NCBI RefSeq assembly: GCF_006345805.1
Contig: NC_043006.1
Coordinates: 68,386,001 to 68,450,000, forward strand
From: Octopus sinensis
Taxonomy: Eukaryota
Length of the DNA: 64,000 bases
Direction of reading: 5' to 3'
The translations under genes were made by a program, and so were the position numbers. Positions 1-12,545 of this stretch are shown piece after piece (the stretch's first letter is position 1; every line of letters starts with the position of its first letter). The notes under the pieces were generated by a model that did not search any database, was not told where the DNA came from, and worked only from the letters and a program-made list of their open reading frames with translations.

Positions 1-312
1 AGAATTGCAGAAACATGAAATAAACTACCCACATCAGCTGTTAGCTGTCGAGACACTTCATCCTCCAAAACTTCCATGTTTCCTGAAATTCACCAACAGT
101 ACATCTAATGCGCCCCCACCCACTTCTGTATTTTTTAAACAATTCATTGTTCACTTCCTGTGCATATTCTATGTACTGTTCATGCACTTTTGACTACTTT
201 TCCTGATGAGCTGTAGTACACCTGAGCACTGCATACGATAAGTTTATTATTATTATTATAAACAGTTGAAGATATTGAGAATAACAACACTAACAAAAAA
301 AGATATACTCAC

Positions 313-2026
313 AATTATTCACAGTTGCATTAATACTGGTGATATAGGATGGTTTTGTGGTAGGTTTAAAATCCTTTCCTTCTGATCGGGTGATACAGGG
401 ACCATCTGTGACGTAACACTCTGAAGAGCAATTGTTCATGCTTGGTGTGGAATCATAGCGTGAATATGTATCCAATAACTTCTTCTCTAATTGAACAGGT
501 GTTGTGTCCTGGTTTGGGGACACGGGAGTACTTAAACTTTTGGTCAGTGCTGCTTTATAGGTGGTTGTTCGTTCAGCAGGTGACTGTACTGGTGTACAGG
601 TGTAGGTTTTATAATTATCCTGTGATAGCAGTCTCTCTGTGGTGCGGTGTTGTTTATAGTTCAATGGGATTACAGGTGAGGGCAAACTCACTTCACTGGG
701 TTTGCTTTCAAACTGGGCAGCTCGAGTAGCAACACTTTCAAATTTAGTCCTAGAAGTAATTTTTTCTATTTCAGTTTTATACCTGTTGGAAGGTGAAAGA
801 GGCACAGAAGATGGAGACTGTGTGTCTCTTTTGGAGGAGACCACACAGATAGTCCGCACTGGTGTAACACCAATGCTGTTCTGGTTATTAAGGGTGTTAG
901 TGGTGGTAGTAATATTGTTACTACTACTGCTACCAACTGCACAAGGGGTAAACTCCATCTGTGATTTACGCTGAATAAGAACAGGTCTTTGGTTATATGA
1001 AACTGGAAGCACAGGGGCAGTGGAAGGAGCATTAAGGGATGTTTTATTTAAAACTGGTGTCCCACCCATTGTCTTGTAGATGACATGGCGGGACTGTGGG
1101 CTGGGTTCTTCTCGAGAATTGAGGGAGCGATTAAAAACACCATTAGAACTGTTTGAAGACTGATAAATAGAATGAGAGTTAGGTCGGTTCAGAGGAGATA
1201 TTTGTAAAGGAGGATGTACCACTGAAGCCACTGCTGAATGTATTGGGGTACTGTGGGTCGTAGTAGCTTTGCTAGCTTCCACAGTTGAACTGTGGTCATT
1301 AGTAAGAAAATCAGTCTTTGCAGACAGCCCAGGTGAGAAAGTATTTGCAAAGGAGGATAAAGATGAAGTGGTCTGAGAACGAGGTAACATTTTGTTCTCA
1401 GAAGAGATGGTACGTAATGTAGTTGAGAAGGTCTGCCGTGAATCCTTGGCATTGTACAATGGGCTTTGGAAATAGGACTCAGACCGACTGACATTCTCAA
1501 ATGATTCCCGTGATTGCAACACATTTTCACGAGATGTTCGCCTGCGACTGTTGCTGCCACTGCTTGACATATAGATATTATCAATACTATTAGATTTTTG
1601 CTGATCTTTCTTTGGTGGAAAATACAACCCAAAAGAGTATGAATCGATTTTTTGATCGGAAGTTTGAGCAGCACGTTGCTCAAACTCCCGCTTCCGATCC
1701 AAAAATGCAGCTTTATTCATGTTATCAGGTACAAGTGGCTCCCTCTGGAGGCTAATTCCTGATGAGAAAGATGTTGACGTCACTAGTGGAGATGGATTGA
1801 TTTCCTTGATGGTCGTTGTTGAGAAAATAGGATCAGAATGTTGATTCTCTCCAAATGTAAAGGAAACTTTTCTTTCTTTGACACGATCAGGGAGATAAAC
1901 AGTTGTTTCCTTCAGAGCAGACTGTGAATGAACGGCGGGTTTCACACTTATAACAGGAGTTGAGGTGGAGTGACTGCTTATAAACGTATCTGCTGATGTT
2001 TGGTTATAAGCAGTATTCTTATATGC
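313..2026 (-). CDS. ARHGAP21: Large coding exon of an ARHGAP21/23-like RhoGAP (Ser/Thr/Pro-rich linker after the PDZ domain)
   Basis: Lies within the 585-aa ORF 290..2047. The acceptor ...ttttcttcgtggccag|GCATAT opens at 2026 in phase 0 (AYKNTAY...), matching the ILQx|AYS junction of ARHGAP21/23. Strong donor AATT|gtgagtat at 313/312; 1714 nt, ends in phase 1. Orthology to ARHGAP21 versus ARHGAP23 cannot be resolved; probably the single invertebrate co-ortholog. Confidence 0.88.
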
Positions 2027-2324
2027 CTGGCCACGAAGAAAAATCAAAAATTAATTTCAGATAAGCATGGAGATTTATTTGAAGAAATTAAGAAAATATT
2101 TCGACATTAATTTTGTGTTTTAATTCTTTAGAATCAAAACTTAATTCTTGTTTTGCTCAATTTTTGCATCAATACATGATAAATGATTGAGGTTTTGGTG
2201 GTTTTGATATGCAAGTGGGGTTCATATTTAAGTTTATTTCAAACAGTAATGGAACAGAACAATCGATTCTTTGTAGTGAAGACTTAAGAACAAATGAATG
2301 AATATAAAATTAGATTTTTTGTGA

Positions 2325-3025
2325 GCGAGGAGAGAGAGAAGAGAGGAGAGGGAGAGATGGGGAGAGGAGAGAGAGGGAAGAGGAGAGTAAAGGGAGAGAT
2401 GGGGAGAGGAGAGAGAGAAGGGGAGAGGAGAGAGAGGAGAGAGAGAAGGGGAGAGGAGAGAGAGAAGGGGAGAGGAGAGAGAAGGGGAGAGGAGAGAGAA
2501 GGGGAGAGGAGAGAGAGAGAGGAGAGAGAGAAGGGGAGAGGAGAGGAGAGAGAGGAGAGAGAGAAGGGGAGAAAAGAGAGAGAAGGGGAGAAAAGAGAGA
2601 GAGAAGGGGAGAGAAGAGAGAGAAGGGGAGAGGAGAGAGATAGAGATGAGGAGAGAAGGGGAGAGGAGAGGGAGAGATGGGGAGAGGAGAGTAAAGGGAG
2701 AGATGGGGAGAGGAGAGAGAGATGGGGAGAGGAGAGAGAGAAGGGGAGAGGAGAGAGAGAAGGGGAGAGGAGAGAGAGAGAGAGGAGAGAGGAGAGAGAG
2801 GAGAGAGAGAAGGGGAGAGGAGAGAGAAGGGGAGAGGAGAGGAGAGAGAGAAGGGGAGAGGAGAGAGAGATGGGGAGAGGAGAGAGGAGAGAGAGAGGGG
2901 AGAGGAGAGGGAGAGAAGGGGAGAGGAGAGAGAGGAGAGAGAAAGAGAGAGAAGGGGAGAGGAGAGAGATAGAGATGAGGAGAGAAGGGGAGAGGAGAGA
3001 GAGGAGAGGGGAGGGGAGAGAAGGG

Positions 3026-3056
<31 letters not shown>

Positions 3057-3190
3057 AGAGAAAGAAAGGGAGAGAAGGGGAGAGGAGAGAGAAGGGGAGA
3101 GGAGAGTGAAAAGGTGAGAGAGAGAGAGAGAGAGAGGAGGGCAAAAGAGAGAGAGAAGAGGGGACAGAGAGAAGGGAAGGGAGAGAGAGG
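2325..3190. repeat. Polypurine (GA-rich) satellite of about 0.87 kb
   Basis: Almost pure G/A, built from variants of gagagaaggggagaggagag with occasional gatgggg. Source of the spurious E/R/G-rich and S/L/P-rich ORFs at 2284-3308. Confidence 0.97.
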
Positions 3191-3215
3191 TTGTTAAGTG
3201 AATGTCGTAACTTAC

Positions 3216-3270
3216 CATCTGCAGGATATCTTCATTTTTAGGGACAACAAGTAACTTGAGCGATGAATCA
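3216..3270 (-). CDS. ARHGAP21: Coding exon, end of PDZ domain (DSSLKLLVVPKNEDILQM)
   Basis: ttttctttcag|T GAT TCA...CAG ATG|gtaag; 55 nt, phase 2 to 0. The peptide matches the ARHGAP21 DTTLELSVMPKDEDILQ motif and joins both neighbouring exons in frame. Confidence 0.93.
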
Positions 3271-3866
3271 CTGAAAGAAAAAGGTTTAAATAGAGAGTTA
3301 AATGACAACTTTTGGAGACTGAGGATTCACTGTATGTTTAGGGTCCACTGTCAAGAACTCATTGTCCATTATGGGTTCATAGTTCATTTAAGGATTCATA
3401 CAAGGAGGACCTTTCTCCACCTTCAACTAACCTTTATTTCAGATGACCTCTGACCCCAATTATAGGTTGTATATGAAATAAGGACCTTGAAAATACAAAC
3501 TGGCTTCAGTTCTGTTGAGAACATGTATGGCATTAATGTCTTCAAGAAAGGCATGCATAACACCACACCTCCATTACACTTGCTCTAACAACAGAGTTTT
3601 GTTCTTCATTGAAAGAAACCAGTATTTTTTCATGTGATTAAGGTCAAATATTAGAAGAAATACATGAGTAGGAAGGATGGGTAATCTTAGTGTAGGATGA
3701 GTAGTTATAGTCCCTGGCAGGTAAAGAGGCTCTAGGAGATGAAGTAGAAGGAAAAATGGACATGAAAGAATAGAATGGTTAAGATGAGAGAGGGGAAGGG
3801 AGAGAGAGAGGAAGAAAGATAAAGAGATGACCAAGGTGGAGAGAAATGCAGACTAGCTGCAATATC

Positions 3867-4378
3867 GTGGAGGCGCAATGGCCCAGTGGTTAGGGCAGCG
3901 GACTCGCAGTCATAGGATCATGGTTTCAATTACCAGACCAGGCATTGTGAGTGTTTATTGAGCGAAAACACCTAAAGCAGCATGAGGCTCCGACAGAGGG
4001 TGGTGGTGAACCCTGCTGTACTCTTTCACCACAGCTTTCTCTCACTCTTCCTTCCTGTTTCTGTTGTACCTGTATTTCAAAGGGCCAGCCTTGTCACACT
4101 CTGTGTCACGCTGAATCTCCCCGACAACTACGTTAAGGGTACATGTGTCTGTGGAGTGTTCAGCCACTTGCATGTTAATAAATGAGCTGTGACATCAATG
4201 GTGCCAAGCTGTATCGGCCTTTGCCTTTCCCTTGGATAACATCGGTGGCATGGAGAGGGGAGGCAGGTATGCATGGGCAACTGCTGGTCTTCCATAAACA
4301 ACCTTGCCCAGACTTGTGCCTCGGTGGGTAACTTTCTAGGTGCAATCCCATGCTCATTCATAACCGAAGGTGGTCACA
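3867..4378 (+). mobile_element. tRNA-derived SINE (family B) with 12-bp target-site duplication
   Basis: A-box-like TGGCCCAGTGG at 3879-3889 and B-box-like GGTTTCAATTACC at 3922-3934. Flanking direct repeat AGCTGCAATATC at 3855-3866 and 4379-4390. Confidence 0.85.
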
Positions 4379-4508
4379 AGCTGCAATATCAGGTTACTAA
4401 GAAAGCAATCAGCAATTACCATTAAGAGGACTGATGAGGTTCTGACACCCACAAATTGATAGACTGTTGTTAGTAGTTTCTAAAATGAATGAAAAGCATC
4501 AACTTTAC

Positions 4509-4695
4509 CTGGACTGTATGAGAGAGATAACTTGAGAGTAAGTTTTTCCTGTAACAGGCTCTCCGTTGACGGAGACAATTCTGTCTCCAGTATTTAAACC
4601 AGCAAGTTCTGCAGGACTGTCTTCTTTCACATGCTTCACAAAAATAGTGTCCATCGGCTCCAAGTCACTAAGCTTGGTGCGTTTGTGTCGTCGTA
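4509..4695 (-). CDS. ARHGAP21: Coding exon, PDZ domain core ([61 protein letters not shown])
   Basis: ctcatttctttccag|TA...TCC AG|gtaaag; 187 nt, phase 1 to 2. [10 protein letters not shown]...[24 protein letters not shown] is diagnostic of the ARHGAP21/23 PDZ. Confidence 0.96.
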
Positions 4696-5324
4696 CTGGA
4701 AAGAAATGAGGAAATATATATAACAAAAGATCTGAAATGATGACGCAATCTTAATTACATTTTAATCATCATATTTTTAATGAAATACTATTTAGCCCCA
4801 GGTCAAGCCTGAATGAGGTGGTGGAATAGTGAAGTGCTCACAGAATACTGTATTTTTGGTATACATATCAGCATAACATGAAGTGTAAACATTCAGACAT
4901 AGTAATATCTTTTCAAATCCTGCTGCATTTCACACAAAATTTTTCGTTTTGACAATCATCCTGGTGTATAAGTCAACCTACCATTTTTGAGTGAAAAATT
5001 TTGGTTTTAAAAATTTTACTTGTATGTTAGAAAATACAATAAATTTAATTAAACAATACTAAAGTTGAATTGGGACCAAGTAGATATTGTTGGACAATGA
5101 TAAACTAAAGGCAAGGGAAATAATCCAAGACTGAAAAGAATTTGAATCGAGTTCCAATTTACTAAGATTGAAAATTGGTTGGTGAAAGTGGGAGAGAATG
5201 CAGGGTGGAAATGTTGTGTTCCTATGTTTTTTAACTTCATTAGGTAAATGGATAATATGGTAGGGAGAAATGATAGCGTTATGTTAAATAGATATAATGG
5301 TAACTCCTGTCATAAAATATGTTA

Positions 5325-5730
5325 TACTCTTTACTCTTTTACTTGTTTCAGTCATTTGACTGCGGCCATGCTGGAGCACCGCCTTTAGTCGAGCAAATCG
5401 ACCCCGGGACTCATTCTTTTTGTAAGCCCAGTACTTATTCTATCGGTCTCTTTTTGCTGAACCGCTAAGTGACGGGGACGTAAACACACCAGCATCGGTT
5501 GTCAAGCAATGCTAGAGGAACAAACACAGACACACAAACACACACACATACATATATATATATACATATATACGACAGGCTTCTTTCAGTTTCCGTCTAC
5601 CAAATCCACTCACAAGGCATTGGTCGGCCCGAGGCTATAGTAGAAGACACTTGCCCAAGGTGCCACGCAGTGGGACTGAACCCAGAACCATGTGGTTGGT
5701 TAGCAAGCTACTTACCACACAGCCACTCCT
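5325..5730 (-). mobile_element. tRNA-derived SINE family A, full length, young
   Basis: On the minus strand reads aggagtggctgtgtggtaagtagcttgc...ggttctgggttcagtcccactgcgtggcacc...(TA/TG)n...gactgaaacaagtaaaagagtaaa. Near-identical to the 41499-41894 copy. Confidence 0.88.
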
Positions 5731-7465
5731 GTGTTATGTTTTAATTAATTTTGAAAATATTTAACAATTGGAAGGAATTAAGAAACTAATAAATTTTCTT
5801 CATCAGTGTCTGGAACGTCATCAAAAGTTCTGACAGTAATCTTTTAATATATGAACAATTGAAAATGGATATCACAGAATCAGTGACAACAGTCTCAACT
5901 AGTTTGGTATCAAGTTAAGCATTATTGATCTCAAGGCAAAGGAAGTGGGTTCAATACTAGCTGAAATCTCATGATCTTAGATATTGCATTTTGTAAACAT
6001 TCAGATGAGTACATAAATCTCAGCAGTGACTGTCTTACTATAAAAGCTGGCAGTTATCCTACAGTATACACTGAGTTATTTCCCCTTGTCTAGAAAGATT
6101 TGTCTTTTTCGAAACAATCTGTAACAACTTGTTCTTTCTGTGTGAATCATTATCAACAGTTAGTTGTATTCTACATTGTCATAGTGAGGTCGGGGGACCC
6201 CAGTAACCACCTTGTCTTGATGGGGGTGATTCAATGAACAATATACCGAAAATATGGTTTCCTGTCTTTCCCAACCACAGAGAGGTTTTAAACATTGCAA
6301 GCTAATGAAGCACACTTGCTAGTTATATAAATAGTAAAACTGTACCTCTCATGGAAATTGTTTTCAACAAGGTGGACTTATTCATTAATAGCTAAATCTT
6401 TTGTTAACAGTGACACACTGGTGATAGGTGGAGTGAGATTGAAACAGTTGACTTGCCAGTGCTCTAAACAACTTCGTTGTATTTCTGCTCTGACTCACAG
6501 AACATAACACAAACACTTTGATGGTGGTGGTGGTGGTGATGATGATGATGAACATGGTGACACTTATTTTTATGTCTGTTTCCCATGCTTGGATTGGTAT
6601 CAGTCAGTTCTTATTTGGTGGGTAAAGCTTTCCTACAAAGGTCAGAAAGCCATGTCTCTCCTTGGTATCTCTGTTTTTGGCTTGCTTCCTACAACTGGAT
6701 ACCCTTCTTAACACCAACCACTTAACAATTCATACAGAATGTATTTTATCATAGCACCAGCACCAGAGAGGGTTTCATGTCCTCAGCAAGGCTACAAAGT
6801 TACCTTGATTTTACATTGCCTCAACTTGATTCATCAACCATTTTACAGGTACTATAAAGATGAATTAACTCTTTCAGGTCCATATTTCTAATTGAGAATT
6901 ACTACCTTTGTGGCCTGTTCTGAGTATAATCAAGGATTTGGTGAGATTTAGTAAAATTTTTATCTACAAGTTGGTCAGTAGGACATAAATGTTCATAAAA
7001 TTTTGATAGAAAGTTTTAACTTCAATGTGAACACTTTAAAATGGGAAGTTTTGTATCATAGAATCAGAGGTGGTAGTCATAGGTGGATTGGTATCTAAAC
7101 TTACAATGACCTCAGATTAAATACAAACAGTCAAACTCATAACTGTAAGAATATTTAATCCTTTTTCTGTTAGTTTATCTCTAAAGACAATATAAATTGA
7201 CTTTGATAGGTAACATTAATTTGAATTCACCTGTCAGCTATCCAGGAGAGATTTACATTGTTTCATAGAAAAACCCATCAAAAGACTGAAGCTAAGCATG
7301 AGCCTGATGAACACACACAGAAAATGAGATGAAAATATTATCTTAGAAAGAATGGATCTGATATGGCTAACCATATTCCTTGAGATTCTCAACTCCAACT
7401 TTATGTATCAAGTGTTGTAACAGATAGGGTCACTCCAGCTGGACTTTGGCCTTTGTAGTTACAGT

Positions 7466-7694
7466 TTAACCCTTTAACATTTAAACCGGCCATATCCGGC
7501 CAAAAGTATTCTGCCTGTTTTATGTTCAAACTGGCCAGATCTGGTCTCTTACACCAACCCTACAATATTGATTTAGAAATTAACAGCTACCCCATCAAAA
7601 TCTCATAGCTACGAGATAATGCATGATTAGTTCAAAACAATGTGGATGAAGAAGCATTAATTTTGGCAGAATAATGAGAACACTAAAGGGTTAA
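7466..7694. mobile_element. piggyBac-like MITE (TTAA target duplication)
   Basis: TTAA-CCCTTTA at 7466-7476 and TAAAGGG-TTAA at 7684-7694; no coding capacity. Confidence 0.8.
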
Positions 7695-8048
7695 TATATA
7701 TTACAGTACATCATGATAGCTTTAATCAGATTTAGAAAGGGAAACTGTCAGTGAGAAAAAAAGTGATATTGTACAGATAGAGGAGGGAAGGAGTATCTTT
7801 TCTATTTTCTTCCTCTTCATTCCCCTCCAACACACTCACAAACACATGCATATATATACAGGTATGTTTTTAAAATGTTACAGGTCAAGAAAAGTCAGCT
7901 TCTAATAAAATATACACATTAACTTGTGTACTGGCTACTTTTTACTCTGATTGTTAAAAAACATTCACTAAACAATAACGACACACATACAGGCACTAAT
8001 CTTTATAGTGGTTTATGCATATGTGCTACTACATGGTTGACCGCCTAT

Positions 8049-8080
<32 letters not shown>

Positions 8081-9029
8081 ACGTGTGCATAACTGTGCTT
8101 AAGGAGTATGTAGATTTGAGTGTCTACAGCTTTAAGTTTGTAGGTATGGTTGTATGGATGTGTGTATTTGACAGCATACTAGTGTGTGTGTGAACTTATA
8201 TATACATGATAATGTGAGGAAGAGAAGTGCTGACAACCATTGATGCTGTTACTGTTTAAGACAAGAGACATAAAATAAAGTGTATTTTCATTGAATGTAG
8301 ATGTAAAGCAGGGCCACTGACTGGCTCCCATGCTGGTGGTATGCAAAAAAAAAGCACCATTCAAGTGTGGTCATTACCAGTGCTGCTGGACTGGCTCCTG
8401 TGCATGCAGGTGGCACGTAAAAAGCACCATTTGAGTGTGGCCGATGCCAGTACCGCCTGACTGACCCTTATGCTGGTGACATGTAAAAGCATCAACTACA
8501 CTCTTGGAGTGGTTGGCATTAGGAAGGGTATCCAGCTGTAGAAACTTTGCCAGATCATGATTGGAGACTGGTGCAGCCTTCTGGCTTGCCAGCTCTTAGT
8601 CAAACCTTCCAACCTATGCCAGCATGGAAACCAGATGTATGATGACGATGATACAATGGTCCATAGTTTGCAAGCTCCACCACCGACCCCCTGCACAGTC
8701 ACTATGTTGTCATCAATCTCCCATCTTAGTATCCTCCACCTCCTCTGTCCTCATCCTGCAAAATGTCCACTGAACAACAACAACCAAATATATCTTCTCA
8801 GTCATGGGTGAAGAGATTAATTCTTATTCTCTACCTTGTCTTTTCTAATTAACTAACTAATAGATGAGCTTTTGTAGGTGAAGTAGATTATATTATTCCA
8901 TATTTGACCACTATTATCCATGTTAGTTGAGCTCAATCAACCCCTGTAATAAGGTTGATTAAATCAGATACTAGTAACATTACTGTTCCATAACATCACT
9001 CCACATAAATAACACCATATAGAACAGCG

Positions 9030-11360
9030 ATATTGGTTTCAAATTTTGGCACAAGGCCAGCAATTTCGGGGGAGGGGGTAAGTCGATTATATCAACCCCA
9101 GTTGATATAATCAACTGGTACTTATTTTATCAAATGCCAAATGGACGAAAGGTAAAGCTGACCTCAGCAGAATTTGAACACAGAACTTAAAGACGGATGA
9201 AATGTCACTAAGCATTTTACCCACTGTGCAAATGTTTCAGCCAGCTCACAACCCTCATATAGAACAGCAATATTATGCTGTTCCATGTGGCATTATACAT
9301 AAACCATGATATGACAGCCATGTGATATAATATATGAGCCATGTTAAAGGTCCTTGTGGTGTTATCCTGTTCCCAAGCATACAAGTTAACATTGTATATG
9401 GTATGGACATGAAATATAAACATTCAAACACCATCACTATCGTTTTGATGTATAAATGGACCTACCGTTTTTTGGCTGTAAATTTTGGTTACAAAATATG
9501 GTATATATTATATATTCATATATACTAGCTGGCACCACGCTGTCAAAAGTGACGGCTAATTGTAGTATTTTATATGCAAATATAGATGGTAAATCAAATT
9601 AATACACTTGTCAATGTTCACATACATTCACATACTTCCCTTGTCCATGCACATACATACACACATATAGTCAGATTTTATTTTTTCAGTGTTGAATGTT
9701 CACCACCCCACCCCACCAGTTTGCCATCACCCCTTCCTTCTTTATTCATCTATCACACCTTCCTTTCTCATTCATATGTTGTGATGTAGAAAAACACAAG
9801 AACATTATTATAGTAGATATATATATATATGCACATATCAGCAATGATATATCAACACCCACAGGCATTTATTCCCTTACCAGTGATCAGTTTTAGTATA
9901 ACAATAATTGTTTGAAGCATAGGTAGAGGACCAGAAATTCAACAACAGGGAGTCAGAGTTGATTACATTGACCCTCCCCCAGTACATGACAAGTATTTTA
10001 CTTTATCAACCTGGTGGGATAAAAGATAAAGCAGTAGTTGATTTCAGAATGAAAAGAGCTGGAATAACTACCACTAGGTATTTGTTTTTTATGACATTTT
10101 CATGATTCTGACAATACATCATCATCATCATAAGGATCCTTTCTATTACAGGCACAAGGCCTGACATTTCATGGATGGGGGTTAGTCAATTATATTGTCC
10201 CCAGTGCTCAACTGGTACCTTTTTTTAAGCAATTGTGATAGGATCAAAAGTAAAGTTGGCCTAGGTCAATTACATTGACTTGTGATCAACTGGTACATAT
10301 TTATCAACTCCAAAATGATGAAAGGCAAAATCAGCCTCAGCAGAATTTGAACTCAGAATGTAAAGGCAGACAAAATGCCTTATTGGTTTCAAATTTTGAC
10401 ACATGATAAGCAATTTCAACAGACAGAGTAAGTTGATTACACTGACCCCAATGCTCAGCTCATACTTATTTTGTTGAACCCACCAAAAAGACGAAAGGTA
10501 AAGCTGACTTTAGTGGAATTTGAACTCGGAACGTAAAAACAGACATAATGCCAGTAAGCATTTTGTCTGCTGCTGCTGCAATAATAATAATGATGATGGT
10601 GATGAGAAGAAGATGAAGAAGAATAGTTTTCTGGAATAATCACTAAGGGTCTATAAAAAACATCAGGGATGGTACAGGATGATAGAATGTTGGATTACAT
10701 AAAAAAAAAACATGCAAAAGGAGAGACTAACAGTAAGAAGGAAACAATAAATTGCAAACGATGCATAATTCTGCAAATGAGAATCTACTGACGTTTGGCT
10801 ACTCATTGAAATCTCACAAAATAAGTCTCCCTGGCCACTAAAGCAAAGGCTTTCTCTCTGTTGTCTGCATACTCAGAATAGGCCTATTCATTTTGCTGTG
10901 GCAAGAGTCATTGACACCCCTGTGGGATTGGAAGAATGGACTAGCCGGGCTCTTATAAAAAGTAGCATATTGGTTGAGATGAGAGAAGAGGTTGTAGGAG
11001 TCGTTGAGACTGTTGAGAGTTTGTATTTGTTAGAGTATCATGTTTATTGGAGGATTTTAAAGACCTTCGTTGTGTGAAGATAGTTGTGTGTATCCCTGCT
11101 TTGTGAAATCTGTATATCCAATGTATAGAAGGATATAAAACATTCAGACCATGACCACCACTCTCATCTACCAGGAACAGCAGTTTCGAGGGAAGTAGGG
11201 AAGATGATTACATCAACCCCAGTGCCCAACTGGTGCCTATTTTATAAACTTTGAAAGGATGAAAGGCAATGTCTACCTTGGCACAATTTGAACTCAGAGT
11301 GTAAAACCACAAGAAATTCCATTTAGCATTATGTTTGGTAAGCAAATGACTATGCTGCCT
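9030..11360 (-). mobile_element. Cluster of about 5 short SINE-like family C copies (about 9030-9250, 9920-10100, 10140-10400, 10400-10570, 11180-11360)
   Basis: Recurrent aattt...gattacattgaccccag...caactggtacttattttatc...gaaagg.aaag.tgacct..gcagaatttgaactcaga. Confidence 0.75.
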
Positions 11361-12299
11361 TAGCAATAATGGATGATGGTGATGATGATATATTCTTTTA
11401 TTTCCCATTGGGGCATTAGATGAAGGGAACATTACAAAGACAGGTTACACTACGATATCAGCAATTATGTTATTATTATTATTATTTTTTTTTTATGCAT
11501 CATGGTTAAGTTCCCATAACCCTCCCTACCTATTTCCAAACAATAACTGAGTCAGACCAGGTCGTTGCCACAGAAATATTGCTGCTGCTGCTGTTGCTTG
11601 TTTGGTGTAAACACAGAGAAAACAAGAGGTAATAGGTCAGATTTGGTCCATCATATGTATGATGACATTTACTGAGTGAACACATATACACATACTAAGT
11701 TATAGGTTGGCAATAAGTGTACACACACACCACACACACACACAATAAAACCTTTGGCAGAGAGTAATTCATAGATATTTGATCTGAAAAAAAAAAATGA
11801 GATCAAAAGTAAACAGTGAGTTGGTGGTGATTGTTGTTGTTGTTGTGATGGTGGTAGAGTTTTCCGGAGGTGGGTAGAGGGGGAAATCAGCAAAGTTAAG
11901 TAAACAAAAACCAGGTCAACATTTGAGACTTCATAGTGAAGATGGGTTTGACAGGTTTACGCATACACAAAAAAACAGAAAAGAAGGTTGTCAGATCTAG
12001 AGACTGGTTGATATAATATAAAAGGTGGGGAGAGGGGAATTACCAGAGATAACCAGTCATTTCTGGTTATAACAAAGACTGGAATATATCTACAAAGAGG
12101 CCACTTAGGAGGTTGCTCAATGCATTAAAAATAGGAGCCAAATCTCCCTACCATCTTCAAAAATATATGACCATCAGATAATTTAATTTTATAACAAAGT
12201 GTGTTTGAAGATGGTCATGGCTGAAACACCTTTGGTTATAGATCTGCTGGACCAGGAAGGAGTTAACTACAACTAGAACCACAACTGGGATGGATGCCA

Positions 12300-12545
12300 A
12301 TAGAGGAAGATTAACTGTTATGTATTACCAAGATCATGCTAGCTGTAGTGGCACTAGTACACATTGATTGACTAAAACCACTTTAGATGTATATTGAACA
12401 AGAGCATATTAACTGTGTTGGCACAGGGAATATATTGACCAAGGCCACTATCTGTGGTGACTAGCAGGAATGTATTGATCAAAGCCATTTAGCTGTGGTA
12501 ACTGCCAGACTTAGAAGCACACTGACCAAGGCCACTTTCACTCTA
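12300..12545. repeat. Diverged minisatellite, unit about 40 bp
   Basis: Recurrent attgaccaaggccact...(a/g)ctgtggt motifs. Confidence 0.6.

Noticed and set aside
203-240. Hammerhead ribozyme-like CTGATGA...stem...GATA
   Set aside because: The core GAAA is replaced by GATA, stem II is short and bulged, and no stem III or cleavage triplet is evident. More likely the 3' end of a retroposon with a (TTA)n tail.
442-1683. Overlapping alternative-frame and antisense ORFs (442..729, 702..974, 766..1032, 1189..1683)
   Set aside because: Shadows of the large coding exon, with no recognisable motifs or independent signals.
2284-3308. Long ORFs (271-332 aa) rich in E/R/G or S/L/P
   Set aside because: Stop-free frames of the GA satellite. 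Only 3216-3270 is a real exon.
3869-3945. tRNA gene
   Set aside because: A- and B-box-like motifs belong to a SINE head; no complete cloverleaf, and a SINE body with TSD follows.
5499-5744. Recurrent ORFs such as YDRLLSVSVYQIHSQG...EDTCPRCHAVGL (also at 26770, 28791, 41663)
   Set aside because: Translations of SINE family A; multicopy and inconsistent in frame.
5750-6500. Possible decayed LINE or RT sequence
   Set aside because: Only a vague GVP/RQG-like fragment; no alignable motif series by eye.
8740-8755. 16-nt micro-exon GATGAGGACAGAGGAG (DEDRG), phase 0 to 1, resembling the vertebrate DEENGNRG exon
   Set aside because: The donor GTGGAG is weak, and the 37-nt exon at 24565 already fills this role with better signals. 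Not excluded without RNA data.
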